Source: an uncultured Gemmatimonadaceae bacterium (lineage in GTDB: Bacteria; Gemmatimonadota; Gemmatimonadetes; Gemmatimonadales; Gemmatimonadaceae). Taken from it: a stretch of DNA of 64,000 nucleotides. Positions 48,860-58,649 of the stretch are shown here, one piece after another (positions within the stretch are counted from its first letter, which is position 1; every line of letters starts with the position of its first letter). The DNA lies in NCBI GenBank assembly GCA_963781585.1, contig CAWAGQ010000008.1, forward strand, positions 192,001 to 256,000, written 5' to 3'. The notes beneath the pieces are model-generated. The model saw nothing but the letters and a program-made list of their open reading frames with translations, had not been told where the DNA came from and did not search any database. Position numbers and translations under genes: made by a program.

Positions 48860-49621
48860 ATGCTCCCCCCTTCCGCCGGCACAGCACTCCATCGCGTACA
48901 CCGCATCTGGCTCGCCGCACTGACGTGCGCGGGCGCCGTCGCGTGCGCGCACCGCGCTACCAGCCACATTCCAGCCGCCGTGGCCGGCATCGAACCGCAA
49001 TCTCCCCGATCACAGCAGGGCGCATCATGGCGCCCCCTGTTCGACGGGACGTCACTCGCGGCGTGGCGCGGTTACCAGGCGGCCGCAGTTCCTGATGGCT
49101 GGAACATCGTGGACGGCACGCTGGCCAAGGACCATACCACCGGTGACATCATGACGAAGGACCAGTTCGGCAATTTCGAACTGGAGTTCGAGTGGAAGAT
49201 CGGGACCGGTGGCAACGGCGGCGTGTTCTATCGGGCCACTGAGGAATACAACCACATCTACTGGAGTGCGCCCGAGTACCAGCTGCTCGACGACGCCAAT
49301 GCGCCCGACGGCCGGAGCCGCCTCACATCAGCGGGTTCGGACTACGGCCTCTATCCCGCGCCGGCAGGAATCGTGAAGCCGGCGGGCGAATGGAACAGTT
49401 CGCGCATCGTCGTGAATGGCGCTCATGTGGAGCACTGGCTCAACGGCACCAGGCTGCTTTCCTACGAGCTCTGGAGTCCGGACTGGGAGGCGAAGGTGAA
49501 GGCAAGCAAGTTCGCACCCTGGGCCAACTACGGACGCGCGAAAACGGGATACATCGGGATGCAAGGCGATCACAATGGAACGCTGGCCTTCCGCAACATC
49601 CGGATCCGCGAGCTGCAGTAG
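48860..49621 (+). CDS. DUF1080 (3-keto-disaccharide hydrolase/lyase) family protein
   Basis: WRPLFDG, FELEFEWK, PEYQLLDD, GEWN...VEHWLNG, GYIGMQGDH...FRNIRIREL. Confidence 0.9.
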   Translation: MLPPSAGTALHRVHRIWLAALTCAGAVACAHRATSHIPAAVAGIEPQSPRSQQGASWRPLFDGTSLAAWRGYQAAAVPDGWNIVDGTLAKDHTTGDIMTKDQFGNFELEFEWKIGTGGNGGVFYRATEEYNHIYWSAPEYQLLDDANAPDGRSRLTSAGSDYGLYPAPAGIVKPAGEWNSSRIVVNGAHVEHWLNGTRLLSYELWSPDWEAKVKASKFAPWANYGRAKTGYIGMQGDHNGTLAFRNIRIRELQ

Positions 49622-49662
49622 CCTCTGTGGCCTGTGGCCGTGGCCTCTGACCATTCCCCACC

Positions 49663-50913
49663 ATGCCCACTCGGCTGAAGCTTTCCACGATGATGTTCCT
49701 CCAGTACTTCATCTGGGGAGCATGGTTCGTCACGATGGGCACGTATCTGGGCCAGACCCTGCACTTCAGCGACCCGCAGGTCGGCCTGGCGTACGGTGCG
49801 ACAGCGATCGCCGCGCTCGTCTCGCCCTTCTTCATGGGAATCGTCGCCGATCGGTTCTTCGCCACCGAGAAGCTGCTGGCCGCGCTCCACATCATCGGCG
49901 GCGGCGTGATGTGGCTCGTTTCCACCCAGACCACGTTTGCGACCTTCTATCCGCTGTTGATCGTGTACGCGCTGTGCTACATGCCCACCCTGAGCCTCAC
50001 CAACTCCATCTCGTTTCACCACGTTGAGGATGCCGCGCGGGACTTCCCCTTCATCCGCGTCCTCGGAACCATCGGTTGGATCGTCGCTGGAACGCTCATC
50101 GGGAAGGTGCTCCACGTAGAACCGCTCGCCACGCCGATGCGGATCGCGGCAGGGGCGTCGGTCGTACTCGGCCTCTACTCCCTGATGCTGCCGCACACGC
50201 CACCCAGGGCCGCCGGCTCCCCGTTCAGCGTGCGCGACGCCCTCGGCCTCGACGCACTGCAGCTGCTGAAGCAGCGTGACTTCTCGATCTTCGTCCTCGG
50301 CTCCTTCCTGCTTTGCATACCGCTGCAGTTCTACTACACGTTCGCCAATCCCTTCCTGAACGAGATCCACGCGCCCGAGCCGGCGTTCATCCAGACGTTC
50401 GGCCAATGGTCCGAGCTCTTCTTCATGCTGCTTCTGCCGTTCTTCTTGAAGCGCTACGGCATCAAGACGATCATGCTCGGGGGAATGCTTGCCTGGTCGC
50501 TCCGTTATTTCGCCTTCGGCGCGGGGGACGCGGGCGCCGGGATGTGGCTCATCTACGCGGGAATCGTTCTCCACGGCGCCTGCTATGACTTCTTCTTCGT
50601 GGCCGGGCAGATCTACACCGACGAGCGCGCCGGTCCACGCATCCGCGCGGCCGCTCAGGGCCTCATCAACTTCGTTACCAACGGGGTCGGGTACTTCGTG
50701 GGCGCGTTCGTGTCCGGGGCCGTGGTCAGTCGGTATGCGGTCCCGAATCCGGCGTGCAGCGATGCAGCTGCCGCAGCCAATCAGTGCCTGCAGACCCTGC
50801 ATGACTGGCATGGGGTGTGGCAGGTCCCGGCCCTGGGTGCGCTCGCAGTGTTGATCCTCTTCCTCATCCTGTTCCGTCCCCGTCGCAGCGCCGGCGCTCC
50901 AGCTGCGGCGTAA
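49663..50913 (+). CDS. MFS nucleoside/sugar permease (NupG-like)
   Basis: [44 protein letters not shown]. Confidence 0.92.
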   Translation: MPTRLKLSTMMFLQYFIWGAWFVTMGTYLGQTLHFSDPQVGLAYGATAIAALVSPFFMGIVADRFFATEKLLAALHIIGGGVMWLVSTQTTFATFYPLLIVYALCYMPTLSLTNSISFHHVEDAARDFPFIRVLGTIGWIVAGTLIGKVLHVEPLATPMRIAAGASVVLGLYSLMLPHTPPRAAGSPFSVRDALGLDALQLLKQRDFSIFVLGSFLLCIPLQFYYTFANPFLNEIHAPEPAFIQTFGQWSELFFMLLLPFFLKRYGIKTIMLGGMLAWSLRYFAFGAGDAGAGMWLIYAGIVLHGACYDFFFVAGQIYTDERAGPRIRAAAQGLINFVTNGVGYFVGAFVSGAVVSRYAVPNPACSDAAAAANQCLQTLHDWHGVWQVPALGALAVLILFLILFRPRRSAGAPAAA

Positions 50914-50915
50914 GA

Positions 50916-51851
50916 ATGGCAGGCGAGCACCCCCGACCCGGTATTGGCATCCGCACCCTCCGGCAGGTCGCGGCGATGACGGCCCGGCCTCCAATCGTCA
51001 TCGCCGCCCATGGACGCCACGCGCAATGCGTCGCGTTCACCCGGACCGGGCGGATTCTGCTGTCCGGTGGCCAGGACGCGCAGATCCGCCTCTGGTCGGT
51101 GCCCGGGTTCCACGCCGTGGGCACCATCGTTGGACATCGCAACAGCGTGAACGGCATCTCCTTCTCGCCTGACGAGAAATGGCTTGCCACCAGTTCGAGC
51201 GATGGGACGGTCCGGATCTGGTCGTTTCCCGAGGGCCATGCCGATCGCATCCTCCAGAAACAGATCTGGTCCGGTTTCTCGCCATCAGGGCGTCTGCTTG
51301 CGACCATTTCAACGAAAGGCGTCGTCACGCTCTGGGACGTCGAATCAGGCAAGGAGGTGACGCGGGTGAGCGCGCTTGATCGGCGGATCCTCAACGCGGC
51401 GTTCACGCCTGACGAGCGCACGCTCCTGCTTGGGGGCACCGGCCACATCCATCGGGTTGCGATTCCGGACGGTGGCGTCGAAGGATCCTTCAGCGCACAC
51501 CAGGGCGTGGTCGTGAGTCTTCGCGTCGCGCCGGATGGATCGACGCTCGCATCGAGCGGGCCGCCGGGCGAGGTCCGGTTCTGGTCCTTGCGCGACTGGG
51601 CGCTCCAGGGCGAGGTCGCGCTCGACGCAGCGGGAATGCTGTCAATGGCCTTCGCGCCCGATTCGTCGGAAGTGACCGTTGGCGTCGACTTCAACCTCCT
51701 GACCGTGCGCGTGGCTGAGCGCGCGATCACGGCGCGGCGTCGCGTCGGTGTGAAGGGCGTCTATGGAATAGCCTACTCGCCCGACGGCAAGTACCTCGCC
51801 AACGCCGCCGCCGACGGAAAGGTACGCGTCTGGGAACGCGATCGGATGTGA
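50916..51851 (+). CDS. WD40-repeat protein (alternative start 50976)
   Basis: GHRNSVNGISFSPDEKWLATSSSDGTVRIW and similar repeats. Confidence 0.88.
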   Translation: MAGEHPRPGIGIRTLRQVAAMTARPPIVIAAHGRHAQCVAFTRTGRILLSGGQDAQIRLWSVPGFHAVGTIVGHRNSVNGISFSPDEKWLATSSSDGTVRIWSFPEGHADRILQKQIWSGFSPSGRLLATISTKGVVTLWDVESGKEVTRVSALDRRILNAAFTPDERTLLLGGTGHIHRVAIPDGGVEGSFSAHQGVVVSLRVAPDGSTLASSGPPGEVRFWSLRDWALQGEVALDAAGMLSMAFAPDSSEVTVGVDFNLLTVRVAERAITARRRVGVKGVYGIAYSPDGKYLANAAADGKVRVWERDRM

Positions 51852-51888
51852 GCTGTCAGCCGTCCGCTGGTGTTTGGCCTTCCCGAGC

Positions 51889-53121
51889 CTATGGCCTGAA
51901 CTTCCCCCGCGCCACTGCCGGAACGAACTTCTCGATGCCCCTCGGGGGAAATGCCAGGGTCTTTCCCTCTTCCGCGCTCTGATACGCGGTCATCAGCAGC
52001 TTCACCACCTCCACGCCGTCACCGAAGGTCAGCCGCGGTTTTTCCTTGCCGAGGAACGCACGCACGAAATGCTGATCCTCGTTGGAATAGCCGTAGGCGG
52101 CCCATTCCTCGGGCACCACCGGCATCAGCCCCACTTCCGCATTCTGCTTCTCCACCAGATCCTCACCCGCCTTGCCCTGCACCTCACGACTGAAGAAGAG
52201 CGACAGGCCGCTGTCCAGTGAATTCCACTTCATCGAGTACTCCGGACCAAGCAGCTCCGCTGACAGACGCAGGCCCGCGCCCACGAAGCTCCAGGAGGTC
52301 GTTGCCTCGCCAATCACGCGGTAGCCGTCGGTGGTGTCGAATTCCACCGTGAGGCTCGCGAAGTCCTCGGCTGGCGCCTTTCGATAGTTCACCTCGGTGC
52401 CCATCGTCTTCTTCAGGCGCTTCACGTACTCGGGCCGCGTCCACTTCAACGACGCAATGTGGCCGGTCACGCGCGCCGGGCGCACCGAGTCCAGGGACTC
52501 GCCAGGCGCCGTCAACAGATGCCTGACGACCAGTGCGGAGTGACACATCATGTCGTTCAGCACGCCGCCGCCCTGCAGCCGCCCCTGCCAGAACCAGGGC
52601 ATGTGGGGCCCCGAGTGCTCCTCGGCTGCCCGGGCCAGGTAGGGACGTCCCGTCGTCGCCGCTCCGCGTGACCAGAGCAGCGCCTTCCCTGCCTCGATGT
52701 GCGGCGCGAAGAGCTGATTCTCCAGATATCCGGTCACCAACCCCGCGGACTCCGCGAGTCGCCGCACTTCCACTGCTTCCCGCACGTTGCGCGCGAGTGG
52801 CTTCTCGCAGGCAATCGCCCGCAGTCTCCCGCGGCCACGTTTGATCGTATCGACGATCTCTTCCACGTTCTCTACCCGGACGTGGTTCGGACCACATAGC
52901 CAGATCGCCTCGATCGCGGGATCCGCCACCATGCTGGCGATGCTCGCGAACGGCTTTGCGTCCCCCACATCCAGGTCGCGGGCGAGTCGGGCGGCCGCCG
53001 CCGCGCGCTTGGCGTTCGGGCTCCAGACGCCGCGGATGTCCGCGTCGCGCACGCCGCGCCATGCCTTGAAATGAAACTGCGCGTTGAAGCCCGAACCGAT
53101 GAAGCCGACGCCGAGAGTCAT
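51889..53121 (-). CDS. Gfo/Idh/MocA family oxidoreductase
   Basis: VGFIGSGF, ACEKPLA, GGGVLNDMMCH. Confidence 0.92.
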   Translation of the reverse strand: MTLGVGFIGSGFNAQFHFKAWRGVRDADIRGVWSPNAKRAAAAARLARDLDVGDAKPFASIASMVADPAIEAIWLCGPNHVRVENVEEIVDTIKRGRGRLRAIACEKPLARNVREAVEVRRLAESAGLVTGYLENQLFAPHIEAGKALLWSRGAATTGRPYLARAAEEHSGPHMPWFWQGRLQGGGVLNDMMCHSALVVRHLLTAPGESLDSVRPARVTGHIASLKWTRPEYVKRLKKTMGTEVNYRKAPAEDFASLTVEFDTTDGYRVIGEATTSWSFVGAGLRLSAELLGPEYSMKWNSLDSGLSLFFSREVQGKAGEDLVEKQNAEVGLMPVVPEEWAAYGYSNEDQHFVRAFLGKEKPRLTFGDGVEVVKLLMTAYQSAEEGKTLAFPPRGIEKFVPAVARGKFRP

Positions 53122-53360
53122 TGGGATGGTTGGTGGTGATGGCCGCGAAGCCCGGGATACGCTCTGCCACGAACATGTCGCCCTGGAGACCCGCCGAGAA
53201 GACGCACTACCCAAGGACAGCGCCGGCTGTGCGTCGTGCGCGCTCCACATCGCGGCGAGATCGTCCTCAGCATCCACCCTCGCTCAAGTACCCAATCGCA
53301 GCGTCGCGTCGTACGCTGGAGTGGTGATTCCCTGGAACTGGTCGCCGCAGGACGGTCCGT

Positions 53361-54248
53361 TCAGGGAGGTGGCAGTTGCAGAACGACGACCGTTACGTTG
53401 TCCTTGCCGCCCCGTTCCAGGGCGAGGTTGAGCAGATCGCGGGCAATCACCTCTGCTTTTCCGCCGGCCTTGAACCGGGTCAGAAGCTCGTCGTCGCTGA
53501 CGTGCCGCGTGAGCCCATCCGTGCAGAGCAACACACCATCGCCCCACTCGATGTCGGTGACCGCGAGCTCCGGCTCCAGCTGCGGACTCCCCAGGGCGCT
53601 CACAAGGACGTGCTTCCAATGCGTCGCCTCCGCCACTTCCTTCTTCATCACGCCCGAGTCGACCATCGCCTGAGCCATGGTCTGATCCGTGGTCAGACAC
53701 TGAAGCGTCTCACGACGGAAGCGGTACGCTCGGCTGTCGCCCACATTGATGAGAAACCACCGGGGCCAGAAGCCCATCAGCATCGTGAACGTGGTGGCGT
53801 TGGACCCCGGTGCCTCCGGCTTCGTATCGCCCCGCAGTACCTCGTGCGCCTTCAGCACGAACGCGCGCATCCGTTCCGCCACTTCGGCTTCGCGAGCGGG
53901 GTCGGTCTGCATCGAGACCTCTCCCATGTCCAGGATATGCTGCGACACCTCGCGAATGGCCTGCGCACTCCCTTCCGCTGCGTCCGCCAAGGCACCCACT
54001 CCATCGGCCACGAGCATCAGGAAGCCCCGCGTATACGTTGAGAGCGACGGGAACGAGCCCGCGTCGATGCTTGACGAGACCACTTCCATCGCACGGTAGA
54101 ACTTTGCCACCAGGAACTGGTCAGCGTTGCGCGGCCGGACCTTCCCGGGATGGGTCAGACCAAAGACGTCGGGCTCGTGTGGTAGCGGCTTCTGCATGGG
54201 CAGTCTGCTGCGCCTGCTCGTCTCGGCGGCGGGTGCGAAGGTCTTCAT
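53361..54248 (-). CDS. PP2C-family protein phosphatase
   Basis: THPGKVRPRNAD, VADGVG, NVGDSRAY, LLCTDGL, GGKDNVTV. Confidence 0.92.
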   Translation of the reverse strand: MKTFAPAAETSRRSRLPMQKPLPHEPDVFGLTHPGKVRPRNADQFLVAKFYRAMEVVSSSIDAGSFPSLSTYTRGFLMLVADGVGALADAAEGSAQAIREVSQHILDMGEVSMQTDPAREAEVAERMRAFVLKAHEVLRGDTKPEAPGSNATTFTMLMGFWPRWFLINVGDSRAYRFRRETLQCLTTDQTMAQAMVDSGVMKKEVAEATHWKHVLVSALGSPQLEPELAVTDIEWGDGVLLCTDGLTRHVSDDELLTRFKAGGKAEVIARDLLNLALERGGKDNVTVVVLQLPPP

Positions 54249-54853
54249 GGTCGGCGGTCTCCCGGCGGACGATCACCACCGACAGCATGGCGCGCGGAGC
54301 CGTCGCGCGCCAGAGTGGGAACGCCGTCCATGTTGCGGCCCGCGGCCGAGCCCGCCCTTGGCAGCCGGTTGTTGCGGGGCGGTGTGGAGTCATGTCGCAC
54401 CACCACCAGGTGGCCCGAGAGCGGCACCTCGGCGTCCACCCACTCCGCCCGCCAACGAACGCAGACCTGCCGCGCGCCGCGCGTAGTGTACTGGTCGCAT
54501 ACGTCCTTCCGCTGTCGCGTCATGATCGTGGTGCGCCAGGTACTGGCGCGCGTGGGATCCCTCAGGCTGATCGTGTACACGACCCGCTGAAATCCCTTCG
54601 TCCCCTCGCAGAGATACCGCGCTGCGACCGTCGGATCCGACGCCTCCCCCTCCGAGGTCGGGCGACACGAGCCATCCGACGCCTCGAAGACAACCACCCT
54701 CCCACCGATGATGAATCGGCCATGAACTTCGCTTCGGTCCATGAATGCCACGAAATCGAATGACCCCCGTGAGCTCCCCGGGTCGCGCCCGGGCGGAGGC
54801 GAATGATGACAACCGAGGCCGGCACACAGGACGAGGGCCAGGGGCGCAACCAT
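54245..54853 (-). CDS. Hypothetical lipoprotein
   Basis: MVAPLALVLCAGLGC lipobox. Two further Cys pairs. Stop overlaps the PP2C start (ATGA). Confidence 0.6.
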   Translation of the reverse strand: MVAPLALVLCAGLGCHHSPPPGRDPGSSRGSFDFVAFMDRSEVHGRFIIGGRVVVFEASDGSCRPTSEGEASDPTVAARYLCEGTKGFQRVVYTISLRDPTRASTWRTTIMTRQRKDVCDQYTTRGARQVCVRWRAEWVDAEVPLSGHLVVVRHDSTPPRNNRLPRAGSAAGRNMDGVPTLARDGSARHAVGGDRPPGDRRP

Positions 54854-55014
54854 CGGACCAGCCGCCTGGCGGGCTGCACACTGGTCATTCTTGAGAAACA
54901 CGAGTCGGTCTGGTCTGCTATCACCCGTCAGTGTTCAGCGCGGCCAGTGGTCAGCTGTCAGCGCCGCCAGCTGACGTCGCGAAGCCTGTGAGCAACGAAC
55001 CATGAGCCATTCCC

Positions 55015-56037
55015 TCAGCGCTCATTCAGCAGCGCTTTCGGCACCATCATGTGCACACCGACGTTCCCATCCACCAGCTCCGTGATCCGGAGATCGGCCG
55101 CGATGCTCGCGAGCTGATACGCGGCCATCTGCGTCAGGTCCTTCTTTTCCATCAGGAGCTTCACCATCTGGTCGATGGCAATGCGCGTCGCCTTGGTGAG
55201 CGACGTATCAGTCCCCATTGTGATCCAGTGTGTTGGTGTCTCTGCGCGGGGCCAGTCCAGCTTCATGTCCTTGCGCACCGTCAGCTGCAGCCGCCCGCGA
55301 AGGCTGGTCTCGATCGCCGTCTGGTCCACCTCGCCGTCGCCCTGCGCGGCGTGCCCGTCTCCGACCTCGAACAGAGCGCCCTTCACGAAAATCGGGATGT
55401 AGAGCGTCGTCCCCGCCACCAGCTCCTTGTTATCGAGATTCCCCGCGTGAGTACTTGGAGGGTTGCTGCTCATCCGGCCCAGGCTCGCGGCCGGCGCCAC
55501 CCCCATGCTGCCAAAGAACGGGTGCAACGGCACCTCGATACCCGGGGCGAACATCCCCACCTTTCGCTTGGCATCCAGCCGGATGATGCGGGTCGCTGTC
55601 GGATCTCCGCGCACGCACAGGTCACGCGCGAAGCCGCTGCAGCCGTTGTACCCATACGGGATCTTGAGATCGATCGAGACGATCCTGACCTCGAGCACGT
55701 CGCCCGAGTCGGCCCCCTCCACGAAGATCGGACCGGTCAGGATGTGGCCTCCGGGTCCGCGCGCGCTCCCGGTCACCTGGGTCACGATGTCTCGCAGCTC
55801 CTGCTCCACCTCGGCCGGTGGTACTCCGGCGGCTTCCAGCCGATTCGGTGAGTTCGTGAGCATGGTGGTGACATCGACCAGATCGCCTGAGGCGATGGTC
55901 AAAGCAGGCTTCGCTTCTGACCAGTAATAGCCGTAGGCCACCGTCTGCGGCGTCGCTGGAAGTTTGTGGACCTTCTGCGCGGCACCCCTGACGAACGGCA
56001 GGCCCATCATGGCCACGCACATGAAGTACCGGATCAT
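55015..56037 (-). CDS. Acetamidase/formamidase family protein, exported
   Basis: GGHILTGPIFVEGA, GNLDNKEL, GDGHAAQGDGEV...AIE. Confidence 0.92.
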   Translation of the reverse strand: MIRYFMCVAMMGLPFVRGAAQKVHKLPATPQTVAYGYYWSEAKPALTIASGDLVDVTTMLTNSPNRLEAAGVPPAEVEQELRDIVTQVTGSARGPGGHILTGPIFVEGADSGDVLEVRIVSIDLKIPYGYNGCSGFARDLCVRGDPTATRIIRLDAKRKVGMFAPGIEVPLHPFFGSMGVAPAASLGRMSSNPPSTHAGNLDNKELVAGTTLYIPIFVKGALFEVGDGHAAQGDGEVDQTAIETSLRGRLQLTVRKDMKLDWPRAETPTHWITMGTDTSLTKATRIAIDQMVKLLMEKKDLTQMAAYQLASIAADLRITELVDGNVGVHMMVPKALLNER

Positions 56038-56224
56038 ACCGAAGCCTCTCCTGTCGCATACGGACTCGTGCTCGATCATACCGCACACCCGACGCCGGCG
56101 CCATTTGGCGCCCCCTGTTCCTCCCCACCCCCCCCGGGCTTGCCGTCGACCTTGGCACGGGGCGACCGGCACCGGCGTCCGGTCAGCCAGCGTCCGGCTT
56201 GCTGCCACGGCCCATTCCAGCAAG

Positions 56225-56265
56225 CCCTTCCCCGCCTCCCCCTCCCCCCTTCCCCCCTCCCCCCT
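56225..56265. repeat. C-run array (G-quadruplex-capable on the minus strand)
   Basis: Four consecutive C5-C6 runs separated by 1-2 T (56238-56264) in a divergent intergenic region. Confidence 0.8.
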
Positions 56266-56368
56266 CGTCGCCACCCACTGGCGGATTGCGCTCGCGCCCT
56301 AACATTTCAGGGACATCAACATCGTCCACGGCGGCTTTCGCGCCGCCTTCATTCCGGAGTGACACCGT

Positions 56369-56857
56369 ATGCGACGTACCGCACTGTTCCTGAGCGTGGC
56401 GGCCCTCACGCTCGCGTCCACCACTGCTATTCATGCGCAGGCCGCGAATTTCGCGGGCACGTGGACCATGGTTCCTGATCCCAATGCAGCGGGTGGTGGT
56501 GGTCGAGGGGGGCGCGGCGGACTGGGTCAGGAAGTCACAATCGCGCAGGACGCAAAGACGCTTACCATCACGCGCACCACGCAGGCGGGTGAGGTCAAGA
56601 GCGTCTACAATCTCGACGGTTCCGACAGCAAGAACACCATGAGCATGGGTGGGAACTCGGTCGATCAGATGTCGCAGGCCAAGTGGGATGGCAGCAAGCT
56701 TGTCATCAACTCGAGCATGCCGATGGGCGACACGGAGAGGAAGACGTCGATGACGTTGTCGCTCGATTCCTCGGGTAGCCTCGTCGTGGAATCGACGTCA
56801 CCCGGGCGTGGCGGCGGCGACCCGGTGACCAGAACGTCGACCTACAAGAAGAGCTGA
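56369..56857 (+). CDS. Hypothetical secreted beta-rich protein
   Basis: GGAG RBS. Signal peptide IHA-Q. NFAGTW, YNLDGS, AKWDGSKLVI. Followed by a hairpin. Confidence 0.85.
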   Translation: MRRTALFLSVAALTLASTTAIHAQAANFAGTWTMVPDPNAAGGGGRGGRGGLGQEVTIAQDAKTLTITRTTQAGEVKSVYNLDGSDSKNTMSMGGNSVDQMSQAKWDGSKLVINSSMPMGDTERKTSMTLSLDSSGSLVVESTSPGRGGGDPVTRTSTYKKS

Positions 56858-56878
56858 GCACAAAGTCGACACGTACGA

Positions 56879-56906
56879 GGGCCCGGTGCCGGACGGTACC
56901 GGGCCC
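56879..56906 (+). terminator. Terminator-like hairpin
   Basis: GGGCCCGGTGCC-GGAC-GGTACCGGGCCC (12 bp, one G.U pair), followed by CCTTGGTATTT, between convergent genes. Confidence 0.7.
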
Positions 56907-57023
56907 CCTTGGTATTTCTCGCCGCGTAGTGGCGGCACGATCCCGCTTCCGCGCGAGGACGACTCGGCGGTGTACGGTGCTGTGGCACCAGCATCCTCCA
57001 GGACCCCGCGACCCTCCGCCCCG

Positions 57024-57992
57024 CTAATACCGGTCCAGGTCCCTGGCCACCACCACCCGGCCGCGATACCCGCCGCGCCTCACGCCGGCAATCAGCTCGT
57101 CAGGCGTACCTCCCATCCATACAACGTGAGTGAGTACCACCAACCGCGGCCCCGCTTGTGCCGCCAGCTTCCCTACCTCCACGTCCGATGTGTGAAATGA
57201 CCGCATGTAGAGCGGCCAGTCTTCCCCGCCCGGTCGCTGCTCTCCTTGTAGCCGCGATTGGGGATAGACCTCGTGGACGAGCACGTCCACTCCAGCGGCT
57301 GCCTTCGCGAGCGCCTCACTGTAGCGCGTGTCGCCCGAGATGACGATGCTTCGACCCCGGGTGTCCACGCGATACGCGAAGGCGTACGGCCAACTGCCGT
57401 GTTGAACCGCGATCGCCGTCACCCGCACGCCGGCGCTGTCGTACACCACACCGCCCCTCACCTCGTGCACCGTGACGCGATATCCTCCCGGTGCATCGTG
57501 CTCGAGTCCAGTCACACGAATGAGGGTGTCCTCGGCCCACGCCGCGATCAGAAGATCGGTCATGCGCTGCAGTCCCGGCGGACCGTATACCGCAAGGGGC
57601 ATGCGCCGTCCCATCACCCACGACGTGAAGATCAGATCCGGATAGCCGAGCGTGTGATCGCTGTGGAGGTGCGTGATGAAGGCGGCCGTCACGCCATCGA
57701 TGGGAAGTCCGGCCGCGGCTATCCGGCGCATCACCCCCGGCCCGGCGTCGAACAGGAACACGCGGTGTCCCACCACCACGGCTGTCGCCGGACCCGAGGC
57801 CGCCGGATCGGGGACCGGCATCCCCGTCCCCAGCATCACCACGACCGTACTGTCGCCTCCGGGCATCGGCGGGCCACCAGGGAAGACCCGCTGCGCGCTT
57901 GCTTGCCCGGTGGCCAGGGTCAGCATCCCGAGCCAGGCCAGCCGCGCCCCGCGCCGACCCCGCCTCCACAGAGTGCCCCGCCCGATTGTCAT
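57024..57992 (-). CDS. MBL-fold metallo-hydrolase (RNase Z/arylsulfatase-like), exported
   Basis: MLGTG, FDAGPG, THLHSDH, ISGDT, LVHEV, FHT, LTH. Confidence 0.9.
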   Translation of the reverse strand: MTIGRGTLWRRGRRGARLAWLGMLTLATGQASAQRVFPGGPPMPGGDSTVVVMLGTGMPVPDPAASGPATAVVVGHRVFLFDAGPGVMRRIAAAGLPIDGVTAAFITHLHSDHTLGYPDLIFTSWVMGRRMPLAVYGPPGLQRMTDLLIAAWAEDTLIRVTGLEHDAPGGYRVTVHEVRGGVVYDSAGVRVTAIAVQHGSWPYAFAYRVDTRGRSIVISGDTRYSEALAKAAAGVDVLVHEVYPQSRLQGEQRPGGEDWPLYMRSFHTSDVEVGKLAAQAGPRLVVLTHVVWMGGTPDELIAGVRRGGYRGRVVVARDLDRY

Positions 57993-58008
57993 CGGAGATC
58001 CTGTCCCG

Positions 58009-58617
58009 TTAGGCACCCGGATAACGAACCCCCAGCTTGCGCAGGGCGGGTGCGGGACAGCCGTTCCACACGGTGGCGGTATTCCCGATGTAACCCAGGT
58101 CCTGCACGCCGATTCGGCTCGACCAGAACCCGGACGCCGTAAAATCCCGGAACCGGGAGAAGAACCGGACACCAGCCTCCATCCCGGCGGGCGCTCGCTT
58201 CGGCCAGGCAATATCGTCGAGAACCGCCTTCCGCTGCGCCGATGTGCATGCCGCAAACGACTGCCCGGATCGCTTCACGCACTCGCTGTCGAGCCAGGCC
58301 AGGCCCTCGTGCATCCACCGCTGCATCGACGAGCGGTCGCCGAGAATGAAATCCATGAACTCCGGCACACCGGCGTCGGTGGCGCTCCCGGATCGCGCAT
58401 CACGCGGAATCACCAGGTTCACCAGGATGCGCACTGTCCGCCATTCGTCCGCCGAAAAGTTCTTCGGCTGATACGCCTGGCCACGTCGCGCCAGCGTCTC
58501 CAGCGTGTCGCGTGTGAGCCCCGCCGCCCGATCGATATCGAGCGCGCTCACCGCGAAGTCGGCCAGCGATGCCGCCGCCAGGAATTTCAGTACATCGCGT
58601 CTCGTGACGTCATCCAT
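58009..58617 (-). CDS. Gluconate 2-dehydrogenase subunit 3 family (LacC-like) Tat protein
   Basis: TRRDVLK Tat motif. VIPRD...SATDAGVPEFMD, FF...RD.TASGFWSS, LGYIGN. Confidence 0.9.
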   Translation of the reverse strand: MDDVTRRDVLKFLAAASLADFAVSALDIDRAAGLTRDTLETLARRGQAYQPKNFSADEWRTVRILVNLVIPRDARSGSATDAGVPEFMDFILGDRSSMQRWMHEGLAWLDSECVKRSGQSFAACTSAQRKAVLDDIAWPKRAPAGMEAGVRFFSRFRDFTASGFWSSRIGVQDLGYIGNTATVWNGCPAPALRKLGVRYPGA

Positions 58618-58649
58618 GCGGTTGAACCCTCTGGCCCTTGGCCTCCTGT

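Noticed and set aside
3139..57415. Frequent GCGATCGC (HIP1-like palindrome)
   Set aside because: Plausibly explained by preferred Ala-Ile-Ala codons (GCG ATC GCN), unlike CGTTAGGC, which uses disfavoured codons. Not formally tested.
48338..58006. 9.7-kb gap without the CGTTAGG word as a sign of foreign DNA
   Set aside because: With a mean spacing near 2.9 kb and about 22 intervals, one such gap is not surprising, and composition looks unchanged.
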